Assembly (NCBI GenBank): GCA_003989065.1
Contig: RXIW01000010.1
Coordinates: 1 to 64,000, forward strand
DNA length: 64,000 bases
Source: Candidatus Competibacteraceae bacterium
GTDB lineage: Bacteria; Pseudomonadota; Gammaproteobacteria; Competibacterales; Competibacteraceae
Reading direction: 5' to 3'
Numbering within the stretch: position 1 is the stretch's first letter; each line of letters starts with the position of its first letter. The notes under the pieces were generated by a model that had not been told where the DNA came from, did not search any database, and saw only the letters and a program-made list of their open reading frames with translations. Position numbers and translations under genes: made by a program. Positions 40,581 through 55,503 of this stretch are shown here, piece after piece.

Positions 40581-41777
40581 TCAGCGCTTTTGGGTCTCTT
40601 CCAGCTGAAAGTGGTCTTTGTCGATCCCGGTGCGGGGCGCGCGCGTGCCTTCCAGCTTGATGCGCAGCCGTAGATTGTTGGCGGAATCGGCATGGCGGAT
40701 CGCGGTGTCGTAGCCGATCCGGCCCGCTTCGTACAGATTGAACAGCGCCTCGTCGAAGGTGACGATGCCCGGTTCGCTGGAACGGGACATGATGCTCTTG
40801 ATCTCCTTGACCCGGCCTTGCATGATCAGCTCCGACATCAACGAGGTGTTGAGCAGGACTTCGACCGCAGGAATCAGTCCTGGCCGATCCTCGCGCGGTA
40901 GCAGGCGTTGCGAGATGAAGGCTCTCATGTTGAACGATAGATCCATCAACACTTGCTCGCGTTTCTCGTCGGGGAAGAAGTTGACGATGCGGTCGAAAGC
41001 CTGATCGGTATTGTTGGCGTGCAGGGTCGTCAGGCACAGGTGACCGGTTTCGGCGAAATTGATCGCGGCTTCCATGGTTTCCCGGTCGCGGCACTCGCCG
41101 ATCAGGATGACGTTGGGCGCCTGGCGCAGCGCGTTTTTCAACGCCACTTCGTAGGAGTCGGTGTCGGTGCCGATCTCGCGCTGATCCACCAGCGATTTTT
41201 TGTGGCGGTGGAAGAACTCGATCGGGTCTTCGACGGTCACGATATGATCCGAGCACTGACTGTTGCGATAATCCAGCATTGCCGCCATTGAGGTGGTTTT
41301 GCCGCAGCCGGTTCCGCCCAGGAACAGCACCAGTCCGCGTTTGAACAGGGCGATCTCCTTGAGGATTGCCGGCAGGTTGAGTTCGTCGGTGGTCGGGATC
41401 CGCTCCTGAATCAACCGCATCACCATGCCGGCGCTGTTGCGCTGGGTGAAGGCGCTGACCCGGAATCGGGCCAGATTCGGCAGGTTCAGGGAAAAATTGG
41501 CCTCGTGGGAGCGATCGAACTCGCGCGAGTGGCGGTCGTTCATGATCGAGCGAACCAGCAACGATGTCTGTTGCGGGCTCAGTTTATGGTCGCCGATGCG
41601 GTGAATTTCCTGGTTGATCTTGAGCGCTGGCGGGCTGCCGGCGGTGATGAAAATGTCCGATCCTTCCAACTCCAGGAGTTTGAGTGTCAACTCGTACAGG
41701 TATTGGGTCGCCTGGTCCTGGCCATTCATGACCTCATGAACATTCGGAATACTGGGTTTCCCCACGTTCTGCTCCAT
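40581..41777 (-). CDS. type IV pilus retraction ATPase, PilT/PilU family
   Basis: About 398 aa from MEQNVGKPS (ATG verified at 41777). Walker A GGTGCGKTT, Asp box VEDPIEF, Walker B ILIGECRD and His box TLHAN. Its length and C-terminal extension favour a PilU-like protein. Confidence 0.8.
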   Translation of the reverse strand: MEQNVGKPSIPNVHEVMNGQDQATQYLYELTLKLLELEGSDIFITAGSPPALKINQEIHRIGDHKLSPQQTSLLVRSIMNDRHSREFDRSHEANFSLNLPNLARFRVSAFTQRNSAGMVMRLIQERIPTTDELNLPAILKEIALFKRGLVLFLGGTGCGKTTSMAAMLDYRNSQCSDHIVTVEDPIEFFHRHKKSLVDQREIGTDTDSYEVALKNALRQAPNVILIGECRDRETMEAAINFAETGHLCLTTLHANNTDQAFDRIVNFFPDEKREQVLMDLSFNMRAFISQRLLPREDRPGLIPAVEVLLNTSLMSELIMQGRVKEIKSIMSRSSEPGIVTFDEALFNLYEAGRIGYDTAIRHADSANNLRLRIKLEGTRAPRTGIDKDHFQLEETQKR

Positions 41778-42040
41778 TGCTCTCTCCCATCGCCGCTTCA
41801 CGGGCGTCATGCTGGCCCACGCTCGCTTAGGAGTTCCAAGCGGGCCATCTGGCCCAGCCGGATCTCCAACCCCACTTGAAGTGTCACCCACTCTCGCGAG
41901 TGTTACCAACTATTTTATACTGCGCAAATCGTGCTGGGATGACTGTCTCTGGAGTTGTCACCCCATCGTTCCGCTGCGCCGTCGATCACGACCTTCCCGC
42001 ATCGCAGCCCCCTATGCTCTACCAGGAGATTGCCACCGTC

Positions 42041-43459
42041 ATGAGCCGATTTTGCCGCCTGCTGTCCATGATCGTCGTGTTGCTGCCTCTCTGCTCGCTG
42101 GCCAGTAGTCCGCGCGCCGATAGCCCACCGCCGCCGGATTTCCGTAAACTGGTCAAGCAGAACGAAGCGACGGTGGTCAATATCAGCTCCACCCAGCAGC
42201 AGCCCAAGCAGAGCGCCCGCTCGCCCGGCCTGCCGGAACTGCCGGGCAAGGAAAATCCCTACCTGGAGTTTTTCAAGCGTTTCTTCCAGGAGCGTCCCGA
42301 ATTGCCCGGCGACCGCCAGGCCAACTCGCTGGGATCGGGTTTCATCATCTCGCCCGACGGTTATATCTTGACCAACGCCCATGTTGCCCAGGACGCCGAC
42401 AAGATCATCATCCGGCTCAGCGATCAGCGAGAACGGCCGGCCAAGGTCATCGGCGTGGATGAGCTGACCGATCTGGCGGTGCTCAAGATCGACGGTGAAA
42501 ATCTGCCCTCGGTCAAGATCGGCGACTCCGATAACCTGGAGGTCGGGGAATGGGTGCTAGCTATCGGCTCGCCCTTCGGACTGGAGCATACCGCCACTCA
42601 GGGCATCGTCAGCGCGGTGGGTCGCAGTCTGCCCAGCGGCACCTACGTCCCGTTCATCCAGAGCGATGTCGCGGTCAATCCCGGTAGTTCCGGCGGACCT
42701 CTGTTCAACCTGCGCGGCGAGGTAATCGGTATCAACTCGCAGATTTACAGCAGCACCGGCGGTTACATGGGGCTGTCGTTCGCCATTCCGATCAAGCTGG
42801 CCATGCAAGTGGTCGAGCAATTGAAATCCACTGGCGAAGTCACCCGCGGCTGGCTGGGCATCCTGTTGCAACCGGTCAACAACGATCTGGCCGAAGCCTT
42901 CAACCTCGACCGGCCGCGCGGGGCGCTGGTGGCGCAGATTCTGCCGGACAGCCCCGCAGCCAGCGCCGGATTCAAGCAGGGCGACATCGTCCTGCGCTAC
43001 GGCGGCGAGCCGGTCGAAGATTCCTCGCAACTGCCCCGCATGATCGGAGTGACCCCGGTGGGCAAGACAGTGGCGATGTCCATCCTGCGCAATGGCGAGC
43101 CGCTGGAGATCAAGGCCACCATCGCCCGGCTGGAGCCGGTTGCGGAAACCGTTGCCACCATGGACGAACACGACGATCCTCGGCTGAAGGTCACGGTGGC
43201 CGATTTGAGCAACGAACAACGCCGCAATCTCGGCATGGACGATCAGGGAGTGCTGATCTCCAGTCTGGATGAAGGTCCGGCGGGCAACGCCGGCCTGTAC
43301 CCGGACGATATCGTGCTGGCGATCAATCATATCCCGGTGAAAAACGCCAATCAGTTTGTCGAACTCACCAAGGATCTGCCCAAGGGCAAGGCGATATCGA
43401 TGCTGGTCCGGCGCGAAAACGAATCGCTGTACTTGGCCGTGCGCATCCCCAAGGATTGA
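42041..43459 (+). CDS. degP: periplasmic serine endoprotease DegP/DegQ (HtrA family, two PDZ domains)
   Basis: About 472 aa from MSRFCRLLSMIVVLL (signal peptide; GGAG upstream). Catalytic triad context TNAHV / DLAVLKI / GSSGGPLFN. Two PDZ domains. Confidence 0.85.
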   Translation: MSRFCRLLSMIVVLLPLCSLASSPRADSPPPPDFRKLVKQNEATVVNISSTQQQPKQSARSPGLPELPGKENPYLEFFKRFFQERPELPGDRQANSLGSGFIISPDGYILTNAHVAQDADKIIIRLSDQRERPAKVIGVDELTDLAVLKIDGENLPSVKIGDSDNLEVGEWVLAIGSPFGLEHTATQGIVSAVGRSLPSGTYVPFIQSDVAVNPGSSGGPLFNLRGEVIGINSQIYSSTGGYMGLSFAIPIKLAMQVVEQLKSTGEVTRGWLGILLQPVNNDLAEAFNLDRPRGALVAQILPDSPAASAGFKQGDIVLRYGGEPVEDSSQLPRMIGVTPVGKTVAMSILRNGEPLEIKATIARLEPVAETVATMDEHDDPRLKVTVADLSNEQRRNLGMDDQGVLISSLDEGPAGNAGLYPDDIVLAINHIPVKNANQFVELTKDLPKGKAISMLVRRENESLYLAVRIPKD

Positions 43460-43480
43460 GTCACTTTCCGAAGGAAACCG

Positions 43481-44524
43481 ATGAACCCCAACAATTGCCT
43501 CGATTTCGAAAAACCTATCGCTGAACTGGAAGCGATGCTCAGGGAGCTGCGCCACCTTAGCGCCGAGCAGGATTTGAACATCAGCGACGAAATCGCTCGT
43601 CTGGAAGCCAAGAGCAAGGCGCTGACGGAGTCGATCTTCGCCAGTCTGACCCCTTGGCAGATTGCCCAAATCGCCCGCCATCCCCTGCGGCCCTATACCC
43701 TGGATTACGTGGAGCGGTTGTTCACCGATTTTCAGGAACTGCATGGCGATCGGGCCTTCGCCGACGATCACGCCATCGTAGGCGGGCTGGCGCGGCTGGA
43801 CAACCGGCCGGTGCTGGTGATCGGCCACCAGAAGGGCCGCGACACCAAGGAAAAGATCTACCGCAACTTCGGTATGCCGCGACCGGAGGGCTATCGCAAG
43901 GTGTTGCGGCTGATGAAACTGGCCGAGCGTTTCCACTTGCCGGTCGTGACCTTCATCGACACCCCCGGCGCTTATCCCGGCATCGGGGCCGAGGAACGGG
44001 GTCAAAGCGAGGCGATCGCCCGTAACCTGTTCGAGATGAGCCGCTTGCGAGTTCCGGTGATCTGCGTGGTCATCGGCGAGGGCGGCTCCGGTGGAGCGCT
44101 GGCGATCGGGGTCGGCGATCGGATGCTGATGCTGGAATACGGCACCTATTCGGTCATCTCCCCGGAGGGTTGCGCCGCGATCCTGTGGAAGAGCGCCGAA
44201 CGGGCGCCCGATGCGGCCGAGGCCATGGGTCTGACCGCCGACCGCTTGGCCAAGCTCAAGCTGATCGACGAAGTGATTCCCGAACCACCGGGCGGCGCTC
44301 ACCGGGATATGGCGCAAATGGCCGAGAACATCCGCGTCGCTCTGCGCGACCATCTGGCGCAGCTGGACGCGGTCGAGGTCGAGGAACTGTTGGAAAACCG
44401 TTACCGGCGCTTGATGGGGTATGGCGTATTCAAGGCTGCCGAACCGACCACGTCCCTGCAGTCTTCCTGGCAGAGCAGCGTGGCGGCTTTGCTGGGGAAA
44501 GATACCCTGTTAAACAAGGATTGA
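43481..44524 (+). CDS. accA: acetyl-CoA carboxylase carboxyltransferase subunit alpha
   Basis: 347 aa. [11 protein letters not shown]...[30 protein letters not shown] is highly conserved AccA sequence. Confidence 0.9.
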   Translation: MNPNNCLDFEKPIAELEAMLRELRHLSAEQDLNISDEIARLEAKSKALTESIFASLTPWQIAQIARHPLRPYTLDYVERLFTDFQELHGDRAFADDHAIVGGLARLDNRPVLVIGHQKGRDTKEKIYRNFGMPRPEGYRKVLRLMKLAERFHLPVVTFIDTPGAYPGIGAEERGQSEAIARNLFEMSRLRVPVICVVIGEGGSGGALAIGVGDRMLMLEYGTYSVISPEGCAAILWKSAERAPDAAEAMGLTADRLAKLKLIDEVIPEPPGGAHRDMAQMAENIRVALRDHLAQLDAVEVEELLENRYRRLMGYGVFKAAEPTTSLQSSWQSSVAALLGKDTLLNKD

Positions 44525-44572
44525 GGACCGCGGTCGCTTCCGCCCAACCGGGAGTGGTCGACTACCTCTGGC

Positions 44573-49807
<5,235 letters not shown>

Positions 49808-49937
49808 TCTTCGCCCCGGCGCTCTCGCTTGCGATGAGCGCCGCGTGATGAACCCTGACCCAAACCGCGCCTTTCTTCCCCCTGCTGCTGGCAACGGGGG
49901 AGGGGAGGCGCGGGTTTCTTTCACCCTGCGTAACGCA

Positions 49938-50453
49938 ATGGCCGCTTCAATCGAACAAGGCTCGAAACTGCAAATCCTGGTGGCGGTCCTGCTGGCCTTG
50001 CTGCTGTTCACGCAATATCTGCTGTGGATTGCCGAAGATGGCGTCCGCCAGACCTATGCCCTGCATATCGCCATTCAGGCGCAAACCGAGGAAAACGCCG
50101 AATTGAACGAGCGGAACCGGGCGCTGGAAGCGGATGTGCAGGATCTGAAAAACGGTTTGATGGCCATCGAGGAGCGGGCGCGTTCCGATATGGGCATGAT
50201 CCGTCCGGATGAGGCGTTCTATCGCCTGCTCGATCAGCCGCCCAAGCCGGTGGCTCCCGCCGAACCGCCGGCCAAACCCGGTACGCGGTCGTCGCTTCCC
50301 GCGAATCATCGTCTGCACGCCAACGAAGCCGGCAAGCCGGCCAAACCCGCGCCGAACGTGGCCAAACCGGCGGCTGTGCCCGCCAAGCCCGCACCGGCTG
50401 CGCCGCATCATCCGGCGACCAAACCACCGGCCGCAGCCGCGCCACCGCGCTGA
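49938..50453 (+). CDS. ftsB: cell division protein FtsB with extended Pro/Ala/Lys-rich C-terminal tail
   Basis: TM helix plus coiled coil (LLWIAEDG...NAELNERNRALEADVQDLKNG...EERARSDMGMIRPDE). The pyrG-kdsA-eno-ftsB-ispD-ispF order is conserved. The ~65-aa low-complexity tail is unusual. Confidence 0.7.
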   Translation: MAASIEQGSKLQILVAVLLALLLFTQYLLWIAEDGVRQTYALHIAIQAQTEENAELNERNRALEADVQDLKNGLMAIEERARSDMGMIRPDEAFYRLLDQPPKPVAPAEPPAKPGTRSSLPANHRLHANEAGKPAKPAPNVAKPAAVPAKPAPAAPHHPATKPPAAAAPPR

Positions 50454-50492
50454 ACCCGATCGCGGGATTGTCCGCTTACCTGGAATCCAACC

Positions 50493-51215
50493 ATGTCCAC
50501 GTTGCACTATTGGGCAATGGTGCCCGCCGCCGGCGCCGGCAGGCGCATGGGCGCGGCTACCCCCAAACAATATCTGCCCCTGCTCGGCCAGGCGGTCATC
50601 GTCCATACCCTGGAAATCCTGCTGCGCCATCCCCGCATCGCCGGGGTCGCAGTCGCCATCGGGGCCGAAGACGGCTGGTGGCCTGGGATCGCCCATGCAC
50701 TCCCAACCACCAAGCCCTTGTTGGTCGTGACCGGCGGCGCTGAGCGCTGCCATTCGGTGGCGAATGGGTTGCAAGCCTTGCGGGAATGGGCGGCGCTGGA
50801 CGATTGGGTGCTGGTGCACGATGCCGCTCGTCCCTGTCTGACCGGCGAAGATCTGGATCGGTTGATGAGCGAGCTGGCTGACGATCCGATCGGTGGGCTG
50901 CTGGCGACGCCGGTGCGCGATACGCTCAAACAGGCCGACGACCATGGCCGGGTCGCGACCACCGTGGATCGGGCGCGGCTCTGGCACGCCCTGACTCCGC
51001 AGATGTTCCGTCTGGGCCTGCTGCATGACGCCCTGTGCGCGACTCTCGATCGCGGCTTGCTGGTCACCGACGAAGCGGCGGCGATGGAAGCGGCGGGTTT
51101 TGCCCCGCGTCTGGTCGAAGGCCGGTCGGACAATCTCAAGATCACTCGGCCGGAGGATCTGGCGCTGGCCGAGTTTTATCTCAAGCGCCGCCGAGCTGCT
51201 GGCCTCTCCGCCTAA
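50493..51215 (+). CDS. ispD: 2-C-methyl-D-erythritol 4-phosphate cytidylyltransferase
   Basis: 240 aa. [13 protein letters not shown] glycine-rich loop and the IspD fold motifs. Confidence 0.9.
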   Translation: MSTLHYWAMVPAAGAGRRMGAATPKQYLPLLGQAVIVHTLEILLRHPRIAGVAVAIGAEDGWWPGIAHALPTTKPLLVVTGGAERCHSVANGLQALREWAALDDWVLVHDAARPCLTGEDLDRLMSELADDPIGGLLATPVRDTLKQADDHGRVATTVDRARLWHALTPQMFRLGLLHDALCATLDRGLLVTDEAAAMEAAGFAPRLVEGRSDNLKITRPEDLALAEFYLKRRRAAGLSA

Positions 51216-51247
51216 TCCATCGGCCAATCAACGAGGAAAACAGTCCC

Positions 51248-51715
51248 ATGCGCATCGGTCACGGTTTCGACGTGCACGCTTTCGGGCCGGGCGAATTCAT
51301 TACCCTGGGCGGCGTACGCATCCCGCATACGCAAGGCTTGATCGCCCATTCCGACGGCGATGTGGCGCTGCACGCGCTGTGCGATGCGCTGTTGGGCGCG
51401 GCCGGACTGGGTGATATCGGCCGGCATTTTCCCGACAGCAGCGCGGAATTCAAGGATATCGACAGCCGCATCTTGTTGCGCCGAGTCGCGGCGCTGCTGG
51501 CCCAGCAAGGTCTGACGGTCGGCAATGCCGACATCACCGTCATCGCCCAAGCGCCGCGCATGGCCCCGCATATTTCCGCCATGCAGGCCCACATCGCTGC
51601 CGATCTGCGCATTGCCCCGACGCAGATCAACGTCAAGGCGACCACCACCGAACGTTTGGGTTATATCGGTCGCGGGGAGGGCATCGCCGTCCACGCTGTG
51701 GTCCTGCTGGTTTGA
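51248..51715 (+). CDS. ispF: 2-C-methyl-D-erythritol 2,4-cyclodiphosphate synthase
   Basis: 156 aa. [12 protein letters not shown]...HSDGDV is classic IspF. ATG at 51248. Confidence 0.9.
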   Translation: MRIGHGFDVHAFGPGEFITLGGVRIPHTQGLIAHSDGDVALHALCDALLGAAGLGDIGRHFPDSSAEFKDIDSRILLRRVAALLAQQGLTVGNADITVIAQAPRMAPHISAMQAHIAADLRIAPTQINVKATTTERLGYIGRGEGIAVHAVVLLV

Positions 51716-51788
51716 CGCACGGAAGACATCGGCCCTGCTATCGGTGCATAGTATGGCCTTATCATGACACCAAATATGTTTTTTTAGA

Positions 51789-51801
51789 TGACATTATGTC
51801 A
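51789..51801. promoter_or_regulatory. 13-bp palindrome TGACAT-T-ATGTCA in the AT-rich leader of the diguanylate cyclase gene (candidate operator)
   Basis: A perfect inverted repeat about 90-105 nt upstream of the candidate DGC start codons, sitting in a ~200-bp AT-rich tract inside an otherwise 65% GC genome. Confidence 0.25.
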
Positions 51802-51893
51802 ACCGCACCATAAAGACATAGTCATCATTGATGTATGACATAAACGATTTATCTTTGCAGGCGCTTGTCAATCAAAAAAACCATAATGGTAGA

Positions 51894-53285
51894 ATGGAAA
51901 ATAGCATGAGCATGCAAAATATCATGCAGGCCCAATTGGCGGCGATCTACAGTGGTCCCCGCATTCCGATCCTCGATGCCATCACGACGTTGCTGGAGCC
52001 TGAGTTGCCGGCAATCGCGGAGGTTTTCTACGCCGAATTTCTGGAAATTCCCGAGACCGCCCGAATCCTTCAGCATCATTTGGTGCAAAAAAACCTGCGC
52101 GTGTCGCTGTCGCAGTGGATTCGGGCACTGTTCGATCCGAACTCCGGAGCCGATATCGCCGCCGTCATTCAACGGCAGGAAAAGATCGGTTCGGTGCACG
52201 CCAACATCAATGTTCGTCTCAGCGTTTTCTCGCATGGCATCGGTATCCTGAAGCGGGAAATCTACACTCGGCTCGAACGGCATATCCCGGAGCGGGAAAA
52301 GCTGTCCGAGGCGTTTCTGCTGGTCGAACAGCTGTTCGACACTACGACCGCCATCATCATCGAAGCCTATCTCTCCCACGAGATCAACTACGAAACCAAC
52401 GAGTTGTCGATGAAGATGAAGGGCATTACTCAGAATGCCGCCATCGAATGCGAACGCCTGCGCACTCTGCTGCTGGACTGGCTGCGCATCACCCTGACGC
52501 TCCTTTACCAGACCTCCGAACTCGATCCGGCCAGCCTGCCCAAGCTGCAATATTCCACCTTCGGCCTGTGGGTCATCTACAAATCCGACTTGCTGTCCCA
52601 CACCATCAACGCGTCGACCGATCTGAAAAGGCAAACCCGCGAAATCGACGAGGTCCTGTTCCAGGCTGCGCAACATCGCGTCGCTGGTGAAAGCGCCCTG
52701 TTCTTCGAGGCTGTCAACCGCCTGAACGACGCCGTGACCAAGACGTCCTGGTTCATCTCCTCGCTGGTCGATCAGATGATGGAAATCGACCGTGGTACGG
52801 ATGTGCTGACCCGTCTGTTCAACCGTCGTTATCTCGACACCATTCTGCGCCGTCAAACCGAAATCAGTATCAAACAGGGTCTGCCCTACGCGGTCCTCAT
52901 CATCGATCTCGATCATTTCAAGCGGATCAACGATCAATACGGTCACGACAACGGCGATATCGTGCTCAAGAGTTTCGCCGAAATGTTGTTGCTGTCGGTG
53001 CGCACCAGCGACTTCATCTTCCGCTATGGCGGCGAGGAATTTCTCGTTCTGCTCGGCAACGTCGAACCGTCGGGCGCGCTGAGCATCGCCGAGAAAATTC
53101 GCAGCCGCTGCGAAATGCAAGCCTTCAAGCTGCCCGGCGACATCGCCATTCACCTGACATGCAGCATCGGCATCAGCATGCACGATGGCCACCCCGACTA
53201 TAACCGCTCGGTCCAGCAAGCCGACGCCGCCCTGTACGACGCCAAACGCGCCGGCCGAAACCAGACGGTTCTGGGGGGCGAATAG
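51894..53285 (+). CDS. globin-coupled sensor diguanylate cyclase (DosC-like globin domain + GGDEF)
   Basis: The N-terminal ~150 aa follow the sensor-globin pattern (AEVFYAEFLEI...QWIRALF...QEKIGSVHANINV...GILKREIY). The C-terminal GGDEF domain carries an intact RYGGEEF motif. The start is uncertain: ATG at 51894, 51906 or 51912, and the track ORF begins at 51828. Confidence 0.65.
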   Translation: MENSMSMQNIMQAQLAAIYSGPRIPILDAITTLLEPELPAIAEVFYAEFLEIPETARILQHHLVQKNLRVSLSQWIRALFDPNSGADIAAVIQRQEKIGSVHANINVRLSVFSHGIGILKREIYTRLERHIPEREKLSEAFLLVEQLFDTTTAIIIEAYLSHEINYETNELSMKMKGITQNAAIECERLRTLLLDWLRITLTLLYQTSELDPASLPKLQYSTFGLWVIYKSDLLSHTINASTDLKRQTREIDEVLFQAAQHRVAGESALFFEAVNRLNDAVTKTSWFISSLVDQMMEIDRGTDVLTRLFNRRYLDTILRRQTEISIKQGLPYAVLIIDLDHFKRINDQYGHDNGDIVLKSFAEMLLLSVRTSDFIFRYGGEEFLVLLGNVEPSGALSIAEKIRSRCEMQAFKLPGDIAIHLTCSIGISMHDGHPDYNRSVQQADAALYDAKRAGRNQTVLGGE

Positions 53286-53320
53286 CGCGCTGTCTGCGCG
53301 CGCCCGCGTCGGTCTCTTTC
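53284..53320 (+). terminator. GC hairpin plus T-rich tract downstream of the DGC gene
   Basis: AGCGCGC - TGTCT - GCGCGCGC followed by CCGCGTCGGTCTCTTTCCC. Confidence 0.35.
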
Positions 53321-53348
53321 CCACTGCCACCCTCTCGCTTGTCATCCC

Positions 53349-54389
53349 ATGCCCATCGATTTTGATGCTGTCTCGCTGCCCCATATCCACGGTCAACCCA
53401 TCGGTCAGGGTCGCTTGCGCGCCATCCCCGAGGATTTTCAAGTTCGCGAAGAGCTGGATTTCACCCTTGACGGCAGCGGCGAGCATGTCTGGCTGTGGGT
53501 GCGCAAGCGCGGCGCCAACACCGACTGGGTCGCGCGTCAGTTGGCCCGGCAGGCGGGCGTCGCGCCGAATGCGGTCAGTTACGCCGGGCTCAAGGACCGA
53601 CACGCCGTCACCGAACAATGGTTTTCGGTGCATCTGCCGGGCAAGGCCGACCCCGACTGGAATGCCGATCCCCATCCCGATTTCGCCGTGCTGAAGGCGG
53701 TGCGTCATTCCCGCAAGCTCCGGCGGGGGGCGTTGAGCGGCAACGCTTTCCGTATCACCTTGCGCGATCTGGACGGCGATCCGGCCGAACTGGCCGCGCG
53801 AATCGAGCGCATCGCGGCGCTGGGCGTGCCCAATTACTTCGGCGAGCAACGCTTCGGTCACGACGCTCACAATCTGACGCGGGCCGAAGCCCTGTTGAGC
53901 GGACGGGAAAAGGTGCGCGACCGCCATCAGCGCGGCTTGTACCTGTCGGCAGCCCGCAGCGCGCTTTTCAACGCCGTGCTGGCGCAGCGCGTCGCCGCTG
54001 GCAGTTGGAATACCGCGCTGCCCGGCGATGTACTGATGCTGGCAGGCAGTCACAGCAACTTCGTGGCGGATACGGTGGACGATGCCCTTCGTCGGCGGGT
54101 AGCCGAGGGCGACTTGCATCCGACCGGTCCGCTGTGGGGTGCGGGGGAGCTGCGCAGCGCCGGTGCGGTACGCGAGTTGGAGGAGAGGGTCGCCGCCGCT
54201 TGGCCTGTTTTCCGCGATGGACTGGCTACCGCCGGTCTGGAACAGGAACGTCGGGCTTTACGGTTGCCGATCGGCGCTATGGCGCTGGAATTCCCGGCAC
54301 CGCGCACGGCCGTGCTCGACTTTCGCCTGCCGGCCGGCGCTTACGCCACCACGGTCCTGCGCGAGTGGATCAGTGCGGTGGAAGACTGA
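53349..54389 (+). CDS. truD: tRNA pseudouridine(13) synthase
   Basis: 346 aa. PEDFQVRE, NYFGEQRFG and the catalytic-Asp region are typical of TruD. Confidence 0.85.
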   Translation: MPIDFDAVSLPHIHGQPIGQGRLRAIPEDFQVREELDFTLDGSGEHVWLWVRKRGANTDWVARQLARQAGVAPNAVSYAGLKDRHAVTEQWFSVHLPGKADPDWNADPHPDFAVLKAVRHSRKLRRGALSGNAFRITLRDLDGDPAELAARIERIAALGVPNYFGEQRFGHDAHNLTRAEALLSGREKVRDRHQRGLYLSAARSALFNAVLAQRVAAGSWNTALPGDVLMLAGSHSNFVADTVDDALRRRVAEGDLHPTGPLWGAGELRSAGAVRELEERVAAAWPVFRDGLATAGLEQERRALRLPIGAMALEFPAPRTAVLDFRLPAGAYATTVLREWISAVED

Positions 54390-54413
54390 CGCTCGCGCCC
54401 GCCGCCCGTTGCT

Positions 54414-55214
54414 TTATGGATCGTGTTCGTCGTCGCCGCGCGGGTCGCCCGGCAAATAGCAGCCGGCCAGCTGGCGAAACGCCTGCGAGGTTTGCGGCCC
54501 GGCCCGGCCATCCACCTTGACGTAAATCCTGGGCAGGGTATTGAGGAATTCCTGCAATTTCTCCACCCAGGGCGACGTTTCCGCCTCGGCGTAGCGCAGC
54601 AGCGGCCACGGGACCGGTGTTTCGCCCTCGACGAATTCGAGCGCGCCCCATTCCGCCAAGCGTCGGAGCAACACCGCCACACCGGCGTGGGGGGCGATGG
54701 CGGTATCGTTCCAGCTGTCGTCGGCGACATACCGGCCCTGGGCGTAATGCTGCGAATAATTCCACAGATAGGGCGACGGCACTTCGGGATGGTGCAACCG
54801 ATGGCCCCAGCCGCCATGTCCTTCCAGTAGGAACAGCGTGCCAGCGACGCTCCAGTCCGACCACTGGTCGAAGCGATACAGGCGCAGGGCGTCGACCGCG
54901 CTATCCTCCCAACTGAACGGCGGATCGCCGTCGAGCGGCCGCCCATCCGGCAGATGCTGGGTCCGCTCGGTCAGCGGATCGCCATTATGGAGGTGAACGG
55001 TGAAGTCGCGACCGGTGTCGGCCTCGTGCAGCGCCGCTACCACGAACCAGGGTAGCCCCAACGGCTGGCTGACTACCAGATAGCGATCCCGGTCGGCTAG
55101 CCACCCCCCCAGTCGTTGATCCACCTCGGCGGCCCGTTCCGCACGGATCGCGCAAGTCGTGAACAAATGTCGGTAATCCTGGCGCAACTCATCGGTGAGA
55201 GTCACTCGGCTCAT
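54414..55214 (-). CDS. putative peptidoglycan-binding domain protein (N-acetylmuramidase/DUF3380-like)
   Basis: About 266 aa from MSRVTLTDEL (ATG at 55214). The C-terminal LQEFLNTLPRIYVKVDGRAGPQTSQAFRQLAG resembles the PG_binding_1 motif. The N-terminal domain is unassigned. Confidence 0.45.
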   Translation of the reverse strand: MSRVTLTDELRQDYRHLFTTCAIRAERAAEVDQRLGGWLADRDRYLVVSQPLGLPWFVVAALHEADTGRDFTVHLHNGDPLTERTQHLPDGRPLDGDPPFSWEDSAVDALRLYRFDQWSDWSVAGTLFLLEGHGGWGHRLHHPEVPSPYLWNYSQHYAQGRYVADDSWNDTAIAPHAGVAVLLRRLAEWGALEFVEGETPVPWPLLRYAEAETSPWVEKLQEFLNTLPRIYVKVDGRAGPQTSQAFRQLAGCYLPGDPRGDDEHDP

Positions 55215-55503
55215 CGTCGGATCCCCCGCGGCAGGTCGTGGACGGCCGAAAGAGGGTCGATGACCCGCTTCAGACTGGATGCCCACGCCATATCATGTTA
55301 GTTTTCAACGTCAATTCGATCGCCCCTGTCCCTGCCTGATGAGGCGTGTCGTCAGCCTCGCCCCGATGGCATGGCGAAAAATGCGGCATTGTTGTGGCGA
55401 TGCTCTCGCGAAAGCGGCGATCCTTGCTAGTTTTATAAAACGATGCGCCAAAATGCCAGCCTTTTGGCAAATCCTTGCAGAAATCTGGTTTCGTTCTCCG
55501 TCC

